64,000 nucleotides of DNA from NCBI RefSeq assembly GCF_009914755.1, contig NC_060931.1. One strand, written 5' to 3'. Every line of letters begins with the position of its first letter. Within the stretch, counting starts at the first letter, position 1. Under the pieces are notes generated by a model. That model worked only from the letters and a program-made list of their open reading frames with translations. It ran no database searches and had not been told where the DNA came from. Both the position numbers and the translations under genes were made by a program. Positions 1 to 15,735 of the stretch are shown in pieces. This DNA comes from the human T2T-CHM13v2.0 reference genome, Homo sapiens.

Positions 1-2360
1 TCTCTGTATCACCAGAATTTAGCATTGTGCCAGGACTATCATATCTACTAATATACATTTATTTACAGTGGAAATTAGTTAATGAACCCTGTTTTAAAAA
101 TGTATTATAACTGAAAGGAAATATGCAAAGGAACCATGACAAATACAGAAGTAAGAGACTCTGGAAATTAGAAATTCTTAAGATAACAATATTTTAGTGT
201 CTCCTGTAACTTCATTTGCAACAGTAGTGGCAAAATTAGTCTCCAAATATACGTTGGTAAAGGTTTTCTACTGGAGAATAATATGGTGCAGAATCAGGAT
301 GATAACTTGTGACTGTTCCTAGTTTATCTTTCTCATACTGGGGCACCTCACTTTATGCATGGTCTCCTTGAGGAAGGCCTTAAATTCTTTAATTTCTTGT
401 ATTTATTTCATTTTTTCATCAATACTAATTCATTCACTCATTTAATACATGTTGGTTTAAAAGACATTTTAGGTTTTGGCGATATAACAATAAAGACAAT
501 ATGGCAATTTATCCACCCCTGAGTGCCTGTATAGTTTTCTAAATCTAAACATACATACTCTATAGTGGCCAACAGAGTCCATTTGGACAGTTGTTAGCTG
601 TTGTTGTTTTTAACTTCTAAGATAAAGTACCAATGTGTTTGTTCATTGGGGTAATCTATGGGACATGGTGATTGATAAGGATTAGTCATCACTCTATACC
701 AGACTGATAAATTAGATCACATTGATACTTTAGCATACAAATTATTATAAACAAATAAGGCTAATGTGCCTGATTTTAAAAATCATAATAGAATTATGAT
801 TATTTTATTATCTTGAAGACTTAAACCAAGGATTAATAGGAAAGGCTACTGGGAATGTAGCTCATTTTCAGTTTAGCTAAACTAAAATAATAAAATTATA
901 TTAACAATGACATTTTGAGCTAAGTACTCGTTACTGTCTTTGATGCATTACTGATAGTGTTTCTAATTCTTCCATTATCCTGGTGAAATAGGTATTATGC
1001 TCATTGTTTTACTGATGGTGGAGCTCAGAGGGATGGTTTAAGTGTTCCAAATGGATTTGTCATGTAGCTATGACTGTAGAGTCTAAACCCTTTCCAGTAG
1101 AACACTGTGTAGTTTGTTATTACAAAACATCTATGCTACAATTCACCAGTTGTATGTTTCAATGTTAATTATAATGCCAATTGAATGAATATATATTAGG
1201 AGCTTTCCATATTATACCTCATTTTTTCTTTAAAATACTACTGAAGAGTGAGGAATAACATTGTATATAGGTATGAAATTGTTGGGGTAAGACATCTTGG
1301 GAAAACTGCTTACCATTAAAATATTGAATCAACTGAAAATTTGAATCCAGCCTATTCATTTTATAGGTAAACTACCACAGACACCTGAAGACTAAATGAG
1401 ATCACTTGAAGTTGTCAGACTAGATGCAATATTTTCTCATTTTTCTGTCTACCAACTTCTTCTAATACGTGTTTTTTTTTTTTGCAGTTATAAATATCTC
1501 AATAGATGTTTGCTCTATTCTTTTATCAAAAAATTCAAATAACACATTTACAGGCATGTATTTTTCTGTCATATGTCATTAATCATTTCAAGGTGTGCTT
1601 TAATTTAAACTATTTCTATTAGCTGACTTCCCAAAAGGAACAACAGACACATGGTATATGTTAGACTACTTTAGTTCTCCTCTTTCCCTTCACCCCATGT
1701 CCTGCTGCTTCCACCCAACCCCCCTCTCACCCGTACCCCCATTCCTCCAACCCTATACAAATCCCCCTGGGCCATCTGTGATTCAGGATAAAGGGACAAA
1801 TATATGTACATTTCTTAAGCATGTAGACTAGGAATCTATAACAAATTTACTGTCAGTGATACAAACCTCTCAAATTTTTTTTTGCTAACAAATGATTTCT
1901 TTAAGAAAATATGAAATAATTCATACATAAGCTAAAAATTGACTGAAATGTCTTCAGTATTCTGTCATTCCGAATATATTTCCTTTAGTACATTCATGGA
2001 AGTTACATATCATTTCAGTTATACTATCATGTGTAAAATAGATTTTAGGAGTGGGGAAGAGTTTGTTCATTGAGGTAACTTACATAAATAATATAAAATG
2101 TAATATAAAATGTAAATAATATATTTTATCATTGAGAAAACAAAATATGAGCCAAAAATACATTTCTTTACATCTTTAGATTTAACTAGCATTGAAAGTT
2201 TCAAGGTTTATTTTGACTAGTGTCTGGCTTTCTAATTGACAAGCTAATTAGAAGGGTATGTATGCTAGACTACTTGTCCATACCAAGTTCAGTGTGCAGC
2301 TGTCCTGGGGGAAAGACGTACAACTGAACTTGTTGACACTTGAAATTAAGCAGCACTCAC

Positions 2361-2452
2361 CCGAAAAACTGTCATTTCTTCCAGCAGAACCTCTTCTAAA
2401 TCATACCAAGTCTCCTTAGGAATTGAAACTACTTTAAGAACGGTCCCAACAT
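2361..2452 (-). CDS. SEMA3A: SEMA3A exon 12, 92 nt, (D)VGTVLKVVSIPKETWYDLEEVLLEEMTVFR
   Basis: Manual translation; acceptor tcaaag|AT, donor CGG|gtgagt; phase 1->0. Confidence 0.96.
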
Positions 2453-5265
2453 CTTTGAAAGAAAGTGGGGAGAAGACCACAAGTTAAGTAGATCTGAACA
2501 GAGATTAGTGTTAATGAATGAAATATGTATTTGTCAGACAAAGAACCTTTGATATCGGTCTTCCTTTTAATTCATTTTTTGGTCAAAACATGAGTAAAAT
2601 ATATATTCAAATGCATTTCATGCAATTAGACAAAGTGTAAAGGTAAACTATAAACACAATCTTGGAATAATAAAAGATTGAATTTTTAGAAATATGTTTA
2701 GCCTTGAAGAAGGTTTTATCATGAGACTGCATACATTTTTTAAAATATAATAATTATTACAGAGATTGCCTGGATTGGATCAATTCTTTTCATTATTTCT
2801 AAAAATATCTCCTTAATTGCCTGGTATCTCAGAAACAAAACCTAAAAATAACGTCAGTTTGTCACGACAGGTTCTTCCACTTTTATTACAAAATCAGGGT
2901 ACTACTATGAAGACTAAATATAAATGAAAAATGCAAGGAATGTTGTCAAGCAAGGGAAGTAGTCAGAGCTTCAGAGTCCTGGCTGCTCTTCTTGTCATCT
3001 AAAAGTCTTTAGCACTTAGAAGTTCCTAATGATGGCTCAATGGCCATTATGTGATGAATGACAATAACCCGATTTCTCAAAGTAAACACCTAGAATTGCT
3101 TATTACTGTGGTTTTTCAAAAATGTACACTTTGATTAATCCATTTTAGAGAATTAAGGAAATTTAACATTCAGAAGCCAAAAGCATAAAAATATTGAATG
3201 CATTTTATAGAGATTTCAAACCTTATTTGTTTTTCTAATTTGCATTGTTAAAAGAGACAACTTGTTTTAATGACAAGAGTTGTCACTCTTACTCTAAGTT
3301 GGGCTTAAAAGTTATTAATTTTCCAGTATTACAGATATGTTCCTATTCCTTGATGGAATGAGGAACAGGGGCTTATTAAATTCAAAACTTTTACTCTTCA
3401 ACCTTCTAGTTCTGACTAAACTTGATCAAATCTAGTTAGCTTCAACTGGTTCCTTTTAATCAAGTTCAACAAAGTTATTGTGAAGAAAATCTTGTCAACA
3501 AAGAATAAATTATATGAGAAAAATAATTCATCGATAACTGTTTTTGGAGAACCAACATGATATGTTATATGAGATCAAGAAAGGTTGCTAATTTATCCCT
3601 TGTAAAGTTAAACCAAAAAAAGTACACTTTTAAGAAGACCCTTCTGTATTTACAGGACCTTAGACTACTCATAACACTAAAGATTAAAGGTAAATTAGGT
3701 TAATCTACTCAGTGCTTCTGATCATGTCTCCGGTACCCAAACACAACTTTATCTCTTTTCCAGATCAAGTTTTACTGAGTAGTATTTCAAACAATTTCAC
3801 ACAAATTGAATCAGATTACTCAACTAGGATCAATATACTATGATGTGCAACTTAGTTAAAAGATAAAATTACTGTAATCAGTTTACTTTGCTGACAGATG
3901 ACCTTGGTCTGTACTGACCAATAGCCATCCACATCATCAGACATTCAACACACTCATGAAATTGGTGCCTTTAAAGACAGATTGTGTCCAAGAGGAATTA
4001 AAAGCTCATGATTAAGTTTATTTGGTCAAATACCCAGAAGCAAGCTTTGTTGCTTTGACAGTGAGTGAGAGACTTCTCAATACATTTAAGCCAGAGGTGA
4101 AGAAAAAGGCAAGTGTGACATGACTGAACAAACTTAATTCCTCTGCAAAGAAATTCAATTATAATTTGATGTTAAATGATAAACTAATATTTACCCAAGA
4201 GAAATACTATTTCTTATATGTTCTAAGGATATTTATAACCAGAAATTGATACTTGCAATTCATTGACTTTTATGAAACCCTGGGTCTGCTTTGGATTCTT
4301 TTATTTGGTAGAGAAACTTTCTCACTCATAAAAGTAGACTTTAATATATTACTCAGAACCTGACACTGTTACACCTGATAACATAAGTATTTCACAATTT
4401 TGTTATAAAACTTTAAGTCTTTAAAGCAGTTACTATATGGTTGCCATTCTCCTGTAGTTAATGCAATTTTTTTTCTGTTTCTCACTAAGGGAAAATAAAT
4501 GTTGTTATACAAGGTTTCAGTGGAGCACTCACTCTGTTTCCCATTGATTTATGTCAGTTAACAGCGTTAATGGAGACTAGAAATTTATTACCTTGGAATC
4601 TGACCCTAAGTAGCAAGTATCAGATTTGTAACCGGGACTTTCAAAAATAATATTACTATTAAAAAGAGCTGGGAAAAAATAAAATAATATATCATAATAA
4701 CAATGGAATTCATTCTGAAAATATACCTGAAAAAGTCTGTTTCTAATTATGGAATTAGTAAAAGTGAATTGTTAAATGTCCATAGAAATGTATCTAAGAA
4801 TTACTTGAATCAATTATGTTGTTTTTCTAATGAATTTTTTTTCTTTTCATTGTATGACAGAAACACTGAAAAAATTTTATTGCTAACATTTATTTACTAG
4901 ATGATGTTCACCTTATTGTAATTTTAAAGTTCAGATAATTTTGTACTAATATTCTGGAACTATTATTGAATGTCTTGGGAATTTAAGGCAGGATTTGAGT
5001 AATATATCTTTGTTCTAAAAAGCCACTGGCCAGAAAAGTTATGATGCAATTATAAACACTGATTGCTTACCTAATCATTAGCTTTACCTGATTAAACTTA
5101 TCTACTTGTCACAGAAAAGGGAATTTATTTTAAATTAGTATGTCTCAACTTGTCAGAAAAGATAATAAATTTGTAATGGAAGAATATTCATGTTATTTAG
5201 TCATTTATTAAAGGTGAATTATACCTTGAAAGTAACGATAGAAACTGGCCTCAGTTCTTAGTATA

Positions 5266-5688
5266 CATTTGACCCTTGAACAACATGGGTTTGAACTGTG
5301 TGGGTCCACTTATATACAAATCTTCATCTGCTCCTACCACCCTTGGGAGAGCAATGTCAACTCTTACTCTTCCTTCTCTGTAGCCTACTCAACAGGAAGA
5401 CAAGGGTGATCCAGTTCCACTTAATGAACATTAAATATATTTTCTCTTCCCTATAATTTTCAGAACACTTCCTTTTCTCTAGCTTGTTTTATTGTAGGAA
5501 TACAATATCTAATACATATGGCATACAACATATGAAGCTAATCAACTGTTTATCTTATAGGTAAGGCTTCCAGTCAACAGTAGGCTATTAGTAGTTAAGT
5601 TTTGGGGAAATCAAAAGTTAGTTATATGTGGATTTTCAACTGCACAGAGGGTTGGCATCCCAACCCCTGAGATGTTCAAAGATCAACT
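5266..5688. mobile_element. Tigger2-derived non-autonomous DNA transposon (MER28/Tigger2a-like)
   Basis: Degenerate TIRs CATTTGACCCTTGAACA ... TGTTCAAAGATCAACT, flanked by TA, ~425 bp; family assignment from memory. Confidence 0.75.
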
Positions 5689-5745
5689 TAATCAGTTAAA
5701 CATAGTGTTCGGAAAAAAGTTTACAGCTGAAATTTAAAAATTTAC

Positions 5746-5965
5746 CTGTTCCGATAAACATAACATCATACTGTCCATCTTCTGCATCCACTCGGTCTAC
5801 GACAATTTGTGTAAATTGATAATTTACATCCGTTTTGATCACTATTGGGCGATTGTTCATAGGAAACACTGGATTGTACATGGCTGGATGACTTCTTGCA
5901 AAGGTTATAACATCATCAGGAAGGTCCTTTGTAGAGTCAAAACCACCAAATGTTTTGCTGGGACA
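5746..5965 (-). CDS. SEMA3A: SEMA3A exon 11, 220 nt, CPSKTFGGFDSTKDLPDDVITFARSHPAMYNPVFPMNNRPIVIKTDVNYQFTQIVVDRVDAEDGQYDVMFIGT(D)
   Basis: Overlaps ORF 5696..5881; acceptor taatag|TGT, donor ACAG|gtaaat; phase 0->1. Confidence 0.97.
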
Positions 5966-6072
5966 CTATTAAGATAAAGAGAAAATTATCTTTTGATTAA
6001 AATCTAATAAACATAATTATAAATTATATAATAACACATGGCCTCAATGGTTCTACTTAAAATAGTAGTGCA

Positions 6073-6414
<342 letters not shown>

Positions 6415-7759
6415 TTAATTCTCAGTGAGATTTAGTTATGTCACTAATTCTTAGGCAAAATTACAAATGCATGTAATGAATTCAGTGTACTGGAGAAGTT
6501 TGGTGCCTCTATTAGCACCACAAGCATGAGTGTTATTAGTAAAATAAGTGAAGTATTTGACATAATGAATGGAATATACTACAACTAAATGCAATTAATC
6601 TTTCTTTGGATTAGAGATGCTCAGAATAATTTTATTGAATACATTTAATTTTTTACTATGGCATCATGCTAAAATATAAATTCTCTTTTCAAACTGAAAA
6701 ACAATATAAACTATTCTTTATTGTTTTGTTTCTAACATAATGCTAAAAAAGTACCATTGAGATATGTAATAAATAAAATAATCCCAGAGTTAAGGAAAAG
6801 TGTTATTCAAAGTGTTTAGCAACCTGCACTGCACAAAAAGACCAATCAGAATGCCCATCATGACCAAGCAGAAGAGATAATGGCCCCAGCAGCCAGAAAG
6901 ATGCATGGTTTTGCACTGGCATAACCTCACCTCTGGATGTAAACACTCCATGTAAGACAATACAACAAAAATGACAAATTAAGATTTCACCGTCTCCTTT
7001 CACTATATTTATTGATGCAGTGCAAGCATTTATAGAGTACAATATCTCCAATCTCTTGCTTTTAGTCTTACACTTAAATAATTTCTACCATTTAATGTAA
7101 AAGCTTGGGAGCTAAAATGTAATTATGAGAGATTCTTGATCTTACAAGAAGCTTAGAATGAGAAATCAATTTTCTTTGCCACTAGCTTGAAAAATATTAA
7201 TAATTCATGAGAAATAAAATGAATGTGTTTTGAAATGGGATGAGTATATATAAATACACACATATATATGTCTATGTATGTGTATATACATACACAATAA
7301 TACAACAATATAACAGTTAAGGAATGTAAGGTTGTATTTCTTGTTTTGTATGTAAATTATAAAATTAAGGTTATAGAAATATCAAATATTTATGTAAAAA
7401 CCTGGAAGACACAATAAAATGTATTTTCATGAGATTGAAAATTATTTCTGCACTTCTCTACTACCATGTAAAAATAGTTTGCAAAAATTTAGAAATGTGT
7501 GGTCAAAAATTAAAATAAGATTTAATAATTTTAGATTTATATCTTATACTGAATTTAAGAACTGACATCTGTAAAGAACATGTTTTTAAATGTGAAATTT
7601 CATTCAATCATGGAAAATCTTTGTCTTGCTTTAATTTATAATCTTGAAATCTTTTTTCTACATTACAGGATACATTTAATATCTGTCTGTAGCTGCATTG
7701 TTTTTTGACCTTTGGCAGAAATATATTCATTTCATATTTTAAACACCTAAGCTACTTAC

Positions 7760-7904
7760 AGTTCCTGGCCGTGGATAGGGGACTCTTCCTTGATAAGGCA
7801 CCCATTGATAGTTGGGTCCATCCCTGTGGGCATATGGACCAAGGAACACCCTTCTCACATCACTCATGCTATACATACACACGGCTGATCCCTTGAAAAT
7901 GTTA
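7760..7904 (-). CDS. SEMA3A: SEMA3A exon 10, 145 nt, (S)[48 protein letters not shown]
   Basis: Sema motifs GSAVC and VPYPRPGT; acceptor gttcag|T, donor ACT|gtaagt; phase 2->0. Confidence 0.97.
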
Positions 7905-8616
7905 CTGAACAAGACAGCAAGAATAAAAACAGAAGTTCATCTTTATACAATGGTAAGAGAAATATTGATACTGAGTTCTTACATTTTAGATATGATTTAT
8001 TAAAATATGAATATAAATTCTTAGCAATAATGTTTGGGATTTTTCTAGTCACATGTATGCATTTAACAATACACAAAAGAACAAAAAATTGTGATTTCTT
8101 AAAAATAGAAGGCATAGGTGAAAATGGCTTCAGTACTCATGGAATATACGCCTTCATATGAAACATAGAGTACTAAGTTTTGATAGGAAAAACAAATACA
8201 TATAAACTATAAATGAATATGTAATTTTAATATCGTGGGGAAATTTTTTAAAATGTTGGTTAAGTCTCAAGCATTATTACTGAAACCAGGAAACTTTTAA
8301 ATTAGCAAGAATGTTTAAGAACTCACTTTGTAGGCTGAAACTAGTACAAAAGATCGTGTCAAATGATGTGCCACATTATATTATTTTTAAATTCCCAAAA
8401 GTATTAGATCAAGTAGAAGTTGATTCTTGTGAAGACACTTAAAATCAGCTCTTTCTAACACAGAAAATAATTACGTTAGTAGCTATTTCACTCAGTTAAA
8501 GTGGAGAATTACAGCAATTATACTCATCATTTCACTAAACAAAAATTTTGTTCGCTAAACAAAAAATCAGATAGACTGGAAGTAAGCCACTGAATTGCCA
8601 CAATTTTCCATTTTAT

Positions 8617-8987
<371 letters not shown>

Positions 8988-9467
8988 TTAAACAGTTCTG
9001 CACATTTAAAATATGGAATGCTTATCTTTTAAACAAACTTCCCCCTTGAAAATTACATATAAATCAGACCAAATGAACAACATGTGCTTGCAATAGTTTG
9101 TTATTGGAAACTACTGCATATAGACAGCGATTCATAGACTGCAAGTTTCATGAGGGAAGAGACCATGCCTGGCTTCTTTTCGGCTACATCAATTACATAT
9201 ATCACATGGCATTTCAGAGAGTAAACCTTAATAAATACTTACAGAATTTAATAACATTTTCATAGCAGAACAAATAGCAAATTAGTGCATACTTGATACA
9301 TCACACTTTGTAATGTTTGGGTTATCTATCCCCTTTCCATTATTCTTTGCTTATCTTTGATTAAGTCAGCTATCATCGAAATACTTAAGGAGTATGATAG
9401 GTAGCTATTAGGACTCACATACAAATATCCATTCTATTGACATAAAGAGGTGAAATTATTTTATCTC

Positions 9468-9652
9468 TAGCTCTCAAAAGGTGGTCCCTAGACAAACAAC
9501 ATGGGCATCACCTGGGTACTTGTTTGAACTGCATATTCTTAGGTCCCATTTAATTTCTATTGAGCCAGAAACTCTGGAGGCAAGGCCTAGGAATCTGAAT
9601 TTTATCATGCTGTCTAGGAGATTCTGATGCACACTCAAATTTGAGTCACTGC
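9468..9652. mobile_element. MER5A-like hAT-Charlie MITE
   Basis: CTCAAAAGGTGGTCCC...CATCACCTGGG...GATTCTGATGCACACTCAAATTTGAG..CACTG; ~185 bp. Confidence 0.75.
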
Positions 9653-10130
9653 ACTAAGCAATGAGTAAACAGAAGAAATGGATTCATATTTGTCTGAGTC
9701 TCTCAAGTTCTATAGCTTAGTCATTCTGGTTTTCTTTTTTTCCAAAGGGAAGAAATATTATTTAGGTATGCAGAACTGCAAATAGTTTTAGGAATATGGA
9801 TTCCTTAATTTTTATGTGATTTTAAAAAATTATTGAGTAAAAACATCCAAGCAATTTGTAATGGCTTTAATAGTTACAGAATAAAACAGTGTTGGACATT
9901 GCAGTTAATCATTTTCTTTGCTATCAAAGTTACTTGCAGTACTTTTCCTGACTTTCGATTTTTAATTATTTTTCTTTTAACATTTCATCCATATCCCAAT
10001 GCATATCCTTCTTTATATGCATGTAAATGTACATGTGTTTCTTTCAACAACCCCAGGTAATGTGAACTTTATACTGAATGTAATAGTCTAGAGGGAAATA
10101 ATCTCTGCTTAATTGACAGCGAGAGACTTA

Positions 10131-10285
10131 GGGAGGATGAGAAATAGGAAAAGGAGAAGGATGAGGAAAGAGGGAAGGAGGCAAGAGGAAGAGAGAGAAA
10201 GAGAGGAAGTAGAAGGGGAAGGAAGAAGGGAAGGAGCCAGTGGAGAAAGAGCAGGAAAAGCAGGGCAGGGATAAAAAGACAAGGA
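10131..10285. repeat. GA-rich low-complexity tract, followed by a poly-A at 10314-10337
   Basis: Almost pure purine on the plus strand. Confidence 0.85.
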
Positions 10286-10350
10286 AATTAAGTTTGAGTT
10301 TGACACTGGTTACAAAAAAAAAAAAAAAAAAAAAAAACCCAGTCATAATG

Positions 10351-10504
10351 TTGTAATGCTGAAAGTTTTTGTTTGTTTTTATTATGTGCTGTAATGGTGA
10401 AGACTTTTGTTTTTATTATGTCTTTTTATGTGATTATAATGTAACCCTAGTGCTGTAATGCTGAAGGTTTTTGTTTATTTTGTTTATGTCTTTTTACATG
10501 ATTA
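10351..10504. repeat. Three diverged direct copies of TGTAATG(C/G)TGAA...TTTTGTTT...TATGT
   Basis: Units begin at ~10351, 10387 and 10451. Confidence 0.8.
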
Positions 10505-11422
10505 TTTTAAAATCTGGGTTACAAGGTAGATAATAAAAAACTAAATGGAGCCTCAGGGAAAAAAAAGTAGATTTTTTTACAAAGAGAATCTATTTACTGA
10601 CTTAAAAAGCTTTAAAACTATTTACACTATGTAAAGTGTCTTCAATTGTTATATTAATAACTTTTCACACAATCTTAGCTAAAAGGTTGAGAAGCGATGA
10701 TTGTATTAATAATTTTTTAAATTACCTAAAAGCAATTAAAACATTTCTTTTGTAAACAATCAACTTTCTCCAAACATACACATTTCTAGTTTAGTTCTAG
10801 GTTTAAAGGTTTAAAGAATGCAGAAAAGTGTAGCAAATATCCCATCTGTGGAATAGAGATACTGGGAAGAACCATGGACTGTTTTGACATTTCCAGATGT
10901 ATTTTGTCCCCAGATTCCCATGCTAATCATCTGGGCAAAGATAGGACTTTCAGTGGAATTGCTGATGGGCTTTTCTCTGATCTCATTCATTAGCAATTGA
11001 CTAAAGTGACAGAGATCAAGAGACAGAGAACTTTTTCCATTATATTTTCAACAAATTTTAAATTAATTTTTCCATCCTTAATTTATATCCCTACAAACTC
11101 TTCCCAAAACTCAGACTTCCATCTGTATAATATTTTACATTATATTCAAAGGTTTAAAGTCAAAGATATGCATAAGATGACATGAACATTTCAAACTGTT
11201 TATTACATATTCACATCATTACAATGATGATTTTTTCTAAAATTCATTTAGAAAACAAACATCTACGTAGATCATAACTTCTTTCAGTCACCCAAGAGTA
11301 CACAACAGCTCAAAGGTTAAAGCAACACTTGCCTTTCAAAAATATACTTTTGCAAATTATGAGTACTTGGATAGCACCTAAATAACATTAAGTTTCTATA
11401 AGGTAGTTAAAAAGTTACTTAC

Positions 11423-11758
<336 letters not shown>

Positions 11759-11974
11759 CTATTTTCTTCATATCTTCAGACAAACATAAAATACAGTTTC
11801 TCATGTTTTAAAAGTTCCTAATCATTTTAAATGACCAGATATAGGTAACTATCACTTATTGTTACATTTGTGGTCGAATCGTTCCCTCAAGCTTTTTTGA
11901 CTTTTTAAGGGATATTTATTGTGAGTAGTCCCTTTATTTATTCAAGGGATTACTTATAAAGTCAATTCATGTTC

Positions 11975-12760
11975 ATCTACAGATCAATGGATAAAGAAAT
12001 TGTGGTCCATTTACACAATGGTCTACAATTCAGCCTTAAGAAAAAGGAAATCAATTAGATAAGAGGAAAAAACAGTTTTTTCTTTGAGATATGTTGCACA
12101 ATGTGGTATCATAAATAATAATGTATTATACATTTCAAAATCATAGTAAATTTCAAATGCTGTCACCACAAAAAATAAGTATTTGAGGTGATGGGTGTGT
12201 TAATTAGTTGATTTAATTATTACACATTATATTCAAAAATCAACATTGTTTTGTACTCATAAATTTATATAATCATAATTGTCAATTTACAGTTTAAAAG
12301 CAAAAATCAAGAAGAAGGAAATCTTGTCATTTGAGACAACATGAATAAACCGGGGGACATTATGTTAACAGAAATAAGACAAGCACGGAAAGACAAATAC
12401 CTCGTGACCTCACTTATATGTGGAATATAAGAAGCTGAACTCACAGATGCAGAGAGTAGAATGGTGGTTACCAGGGCCTTTGGGGGAGGGATGAAGAGAT
12501 TTGGTCCAAGATATAAAATTTCACTTAGGAGAAATGAGTTTAAGAGATCTATTGTACAACACCATGACTTTAATTAATAAAAATGAATTATATTACTGAA
12601 AATTGTGAAAAGAGTAGATTTTAAGTCTTCTCGCCACGAAGAATTATAAGTATGTGAGATAATGCATATTAATTAGCATGATCTAGCCATTTCACATTTT
12701 AAAACATCATGTTGCACACAGTAAATATATACAATTCTTACTGTCTATTAAAATAAATGA
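11975..12760 (+). mobile_element. Old L1M (L1MA/MB-like) 3' end with a second L1M 3' fragment nested at ~12053-12308
   Basis: ORF2 end and 3'UTR motifs (ATGGATAAAGAAA.TGTGG; CTCACTTATATGTGGAAT; AGAGAGTAGAATGGTGGTTACCAG); 15-bp duplication around the inner piece. Confidence 0.75.
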
Positions 12761-13974
12761 TTGATAGAATCTTTAAAAATCACTTAAACTTCCTTTCTAC
12801 TCTGCAATGAATGGATTCGTTTTGTTTTAGTATAATGCTCTCTCTCCTACCTACTATTCATAGAGATCTAACCTACATAGGCTTGTTCACAGCCAGTGCT
12901 TGTACACAGTAGGCATTCAGTGAGTATTTAATGAATGGATGATAAATATATGCCTTAAATACACATACAAAAAATAGATCTCAAACAAAAGCACGCTAGC
13001 ATCAAATATTTTATAAGCTGAAGGAGTTGAAGCAATTTATATTTTACAAACAACACGTTGAGAAAATATTTGAATAACCGTTAATAAAGGAAACTCATTC
13101 CAGAGAACACATTTTGAAAATCTCACCTTGAAGAAAACTGATTTAACCTAAGCAAAGTAATAAATTCTACTATTGAGGTATGTGTTTACTAGAAACTATA
13201 GTTTTCACAAATGATATTTATGTACATATATTGAGAGCACATGTTCCTTTAAAGTAAAACTGATTTATATTTTATTTATATACTTTTAAACACCTTAGAG
13301 ATTTTTTTTAAGCCTTGAAAGTAGTGCTTTTAAATATGACATGTATTTTGTGGAGAAAAAAGTCTCATCTACTTCACATGTTATTTATATGTTTTCAAGT
13401 ATTGAAAACTTTTAATTTTTCAGTAATTGAATATAGTAGAGGTAATAATTAGATCATATTGGGGTAACGGGTCACACATAGAAAGAAACAGATTTTTTAA
13501 ATTTCAGGATGCTTTCTTCAAAAGATAGAATTCAATTTTAAGACAATCATTGAATGTGGGCTTATGATTTTCTTTATTTGAAGGGTGCTTTAATATGTAC
13601 TAAGAGTTAACTTTTTCATATTGCAGGAATACTGCACTAGGCACCGTAGAGGGAAACAAATGGAACTATTATATTTTCACACTGATGATACTAATTAATA
13701 ATCTATAAGTGTTTATTGAACAATTTTTATTCTATGTATCTAACAGTATAATGCAATATTACATTTGACATTATGCCACACAATAAGTGAAATACATCAG
13801 ATAGTTAAAGCTCACAGCTTCAAAATTGTTTTTGTGTGGGTGTTTGTGTGTGTGTGTATATGTGTGCATAGGATGCTACAATCAGTTTGTAAAAACGAGC
13901 TTTCATGTTTTTCTCTCTTAAATGAATACTTCACATCTTCCAACAACAAATATTTATTCAAAACTTGCAAGGTA

Positions 13975-14360
<386 letters not shown>

Positions 14361-14609
14361 TCAAACAAATATTACGTAATGTAATTGTGAAATAATGCCA
14401 GTTACCTCACAACCTGTACCTGTATATTTGACTGCGAAGAGTTACTCATAACCAACTATAATATTCAATCATTATTTACCATTTATTTGTTATGTGAGTC
14501 AAGCTTTAGCCATAATTTTTATTGTATATGCACACAGGTAGAAAATTTTAAAAAGCAAAGCTGTTATGGGAAAATGACATCCTTCTCAGTTTTTTTTTCT
14601 TTACCTCAC

Positions 14610-14752
14610 CTTGCATATCTGACCTATTCTAGCGTGAGTAGCTTTTCCAGAGTGTTCTCCATCTATTGCATTTTCACGGAAGAAAAAGTATACTTTGTCA
14701 TCTTCAGGATTGTCACTCTCTGAGATGAGGTGGGCACTAATGAACTTTGGAT
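14610..14752 (-). CDS. SEMA3A: SEMA3A exon 7, 143 nt, (D)PKFISAHLISESDNPEDDKVYFFFRENAIDGEHSGKATHARIGQICK
   Basis: Manual translation; acceptor tctcag|AT, donor AAG|gtgagg; phase 1->0. Confidence 0.96.
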
Positions 14753-15194
14753 CTGAGAGACAAATAATAGCGTATATATTAATTCACAGCTTAATAAATA
14801 ATACCATTCTGAACAGTCCATTTTTACTTTTTTTAACTCTTAATTGATATATTTCAAGAAACGTATCTGTTTGTTCATTTTGTAGGTACATATTAATTGT
14901 TCTTTATGCATTATAAAGTATCTTACAAAATACCTTATATCTCTAGAAAAATGTATTCATTTTGTTCTGAAGGTTAGGAGTAGGTGCAGAAAGAAATCTT
15001 TAGGGTGATCATACATTGCAGATGCGTTACTGGATATTAAAATATTTTGCAAACTATAAGTACTATCAAATATTACTTATTGCTGTCACCATTGTTATTC
15101 TTTCTTTTAAGCATAAGAATTTAAATCAAAATATTAATTGGTCTATTTCAGTTTTCAGCAAAGACTAGGTGGGCAGGGAAAAGTGAAATCCGTA

Positions 15195-15735
15195 TAAAAC
15201 AAAATAAATCCTCTCCTGTCATTCCCCTTTCCTGTAAATGGCAGTGTCATTCCACTAGATACACAGGAAAAAACCCTGGCCACCCTTGAATTCTCCCTTT
15301 CTCTCACACCCAACATTCTATCTATCAGCATATCCTTATTTATCATCATTTCTTACCACATTCTTCAATACCACCTTCCTTCAGGAAACTATTGCCAATC
15401 TGAATTATTAAAATAGATTCCTAACTAGTTTCTTAGTTTCTACCTTACCAACCCTTGTCTCCACACGACAGCCAGAATGAACCTCCGCTCTCTCACTCCT
15501 TCTCCAAACTCTCAATTGGATTTATTGTCTGGTATGATACATATCCTAAACAATTTATTGATTAATCTCTCCATTTATCTATCTAATCTTCCTTTGCTTA
15601 TTGTCTGTCTCCCCTGCCACCCCAGTGAAATATACGTTCCATGAGAATAAGTATTTGTTGTATTTTTTTGTTGATGCGGTGAACCTAGAGCTTAAAACGT
15701 GATAGGCAGTCATGAATATCTGTGCAATGAGAAAA
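15195..15735 (+). mobile_element. L2-like fragments
   Basis: Pyrimidine-rich L2 3' motifs (TCCACA..CAGCCAGA.TGA; CCTAGA.C...TGATAGGC..TCA.TGAATAT); boundaries approximate. Confidence 0.5.

Noticed and set aside
2091-2115. Short tandem duplications (also ~8531, ~16553, ~34775, ~42383)
   Set aside because: Ordinary slippage products in AT-rich intron.
10351-10504. CRISPR-like repeat array
   Set aside because: Only three degenerate units with irregular spacing, in a primate intron with no cas genes.
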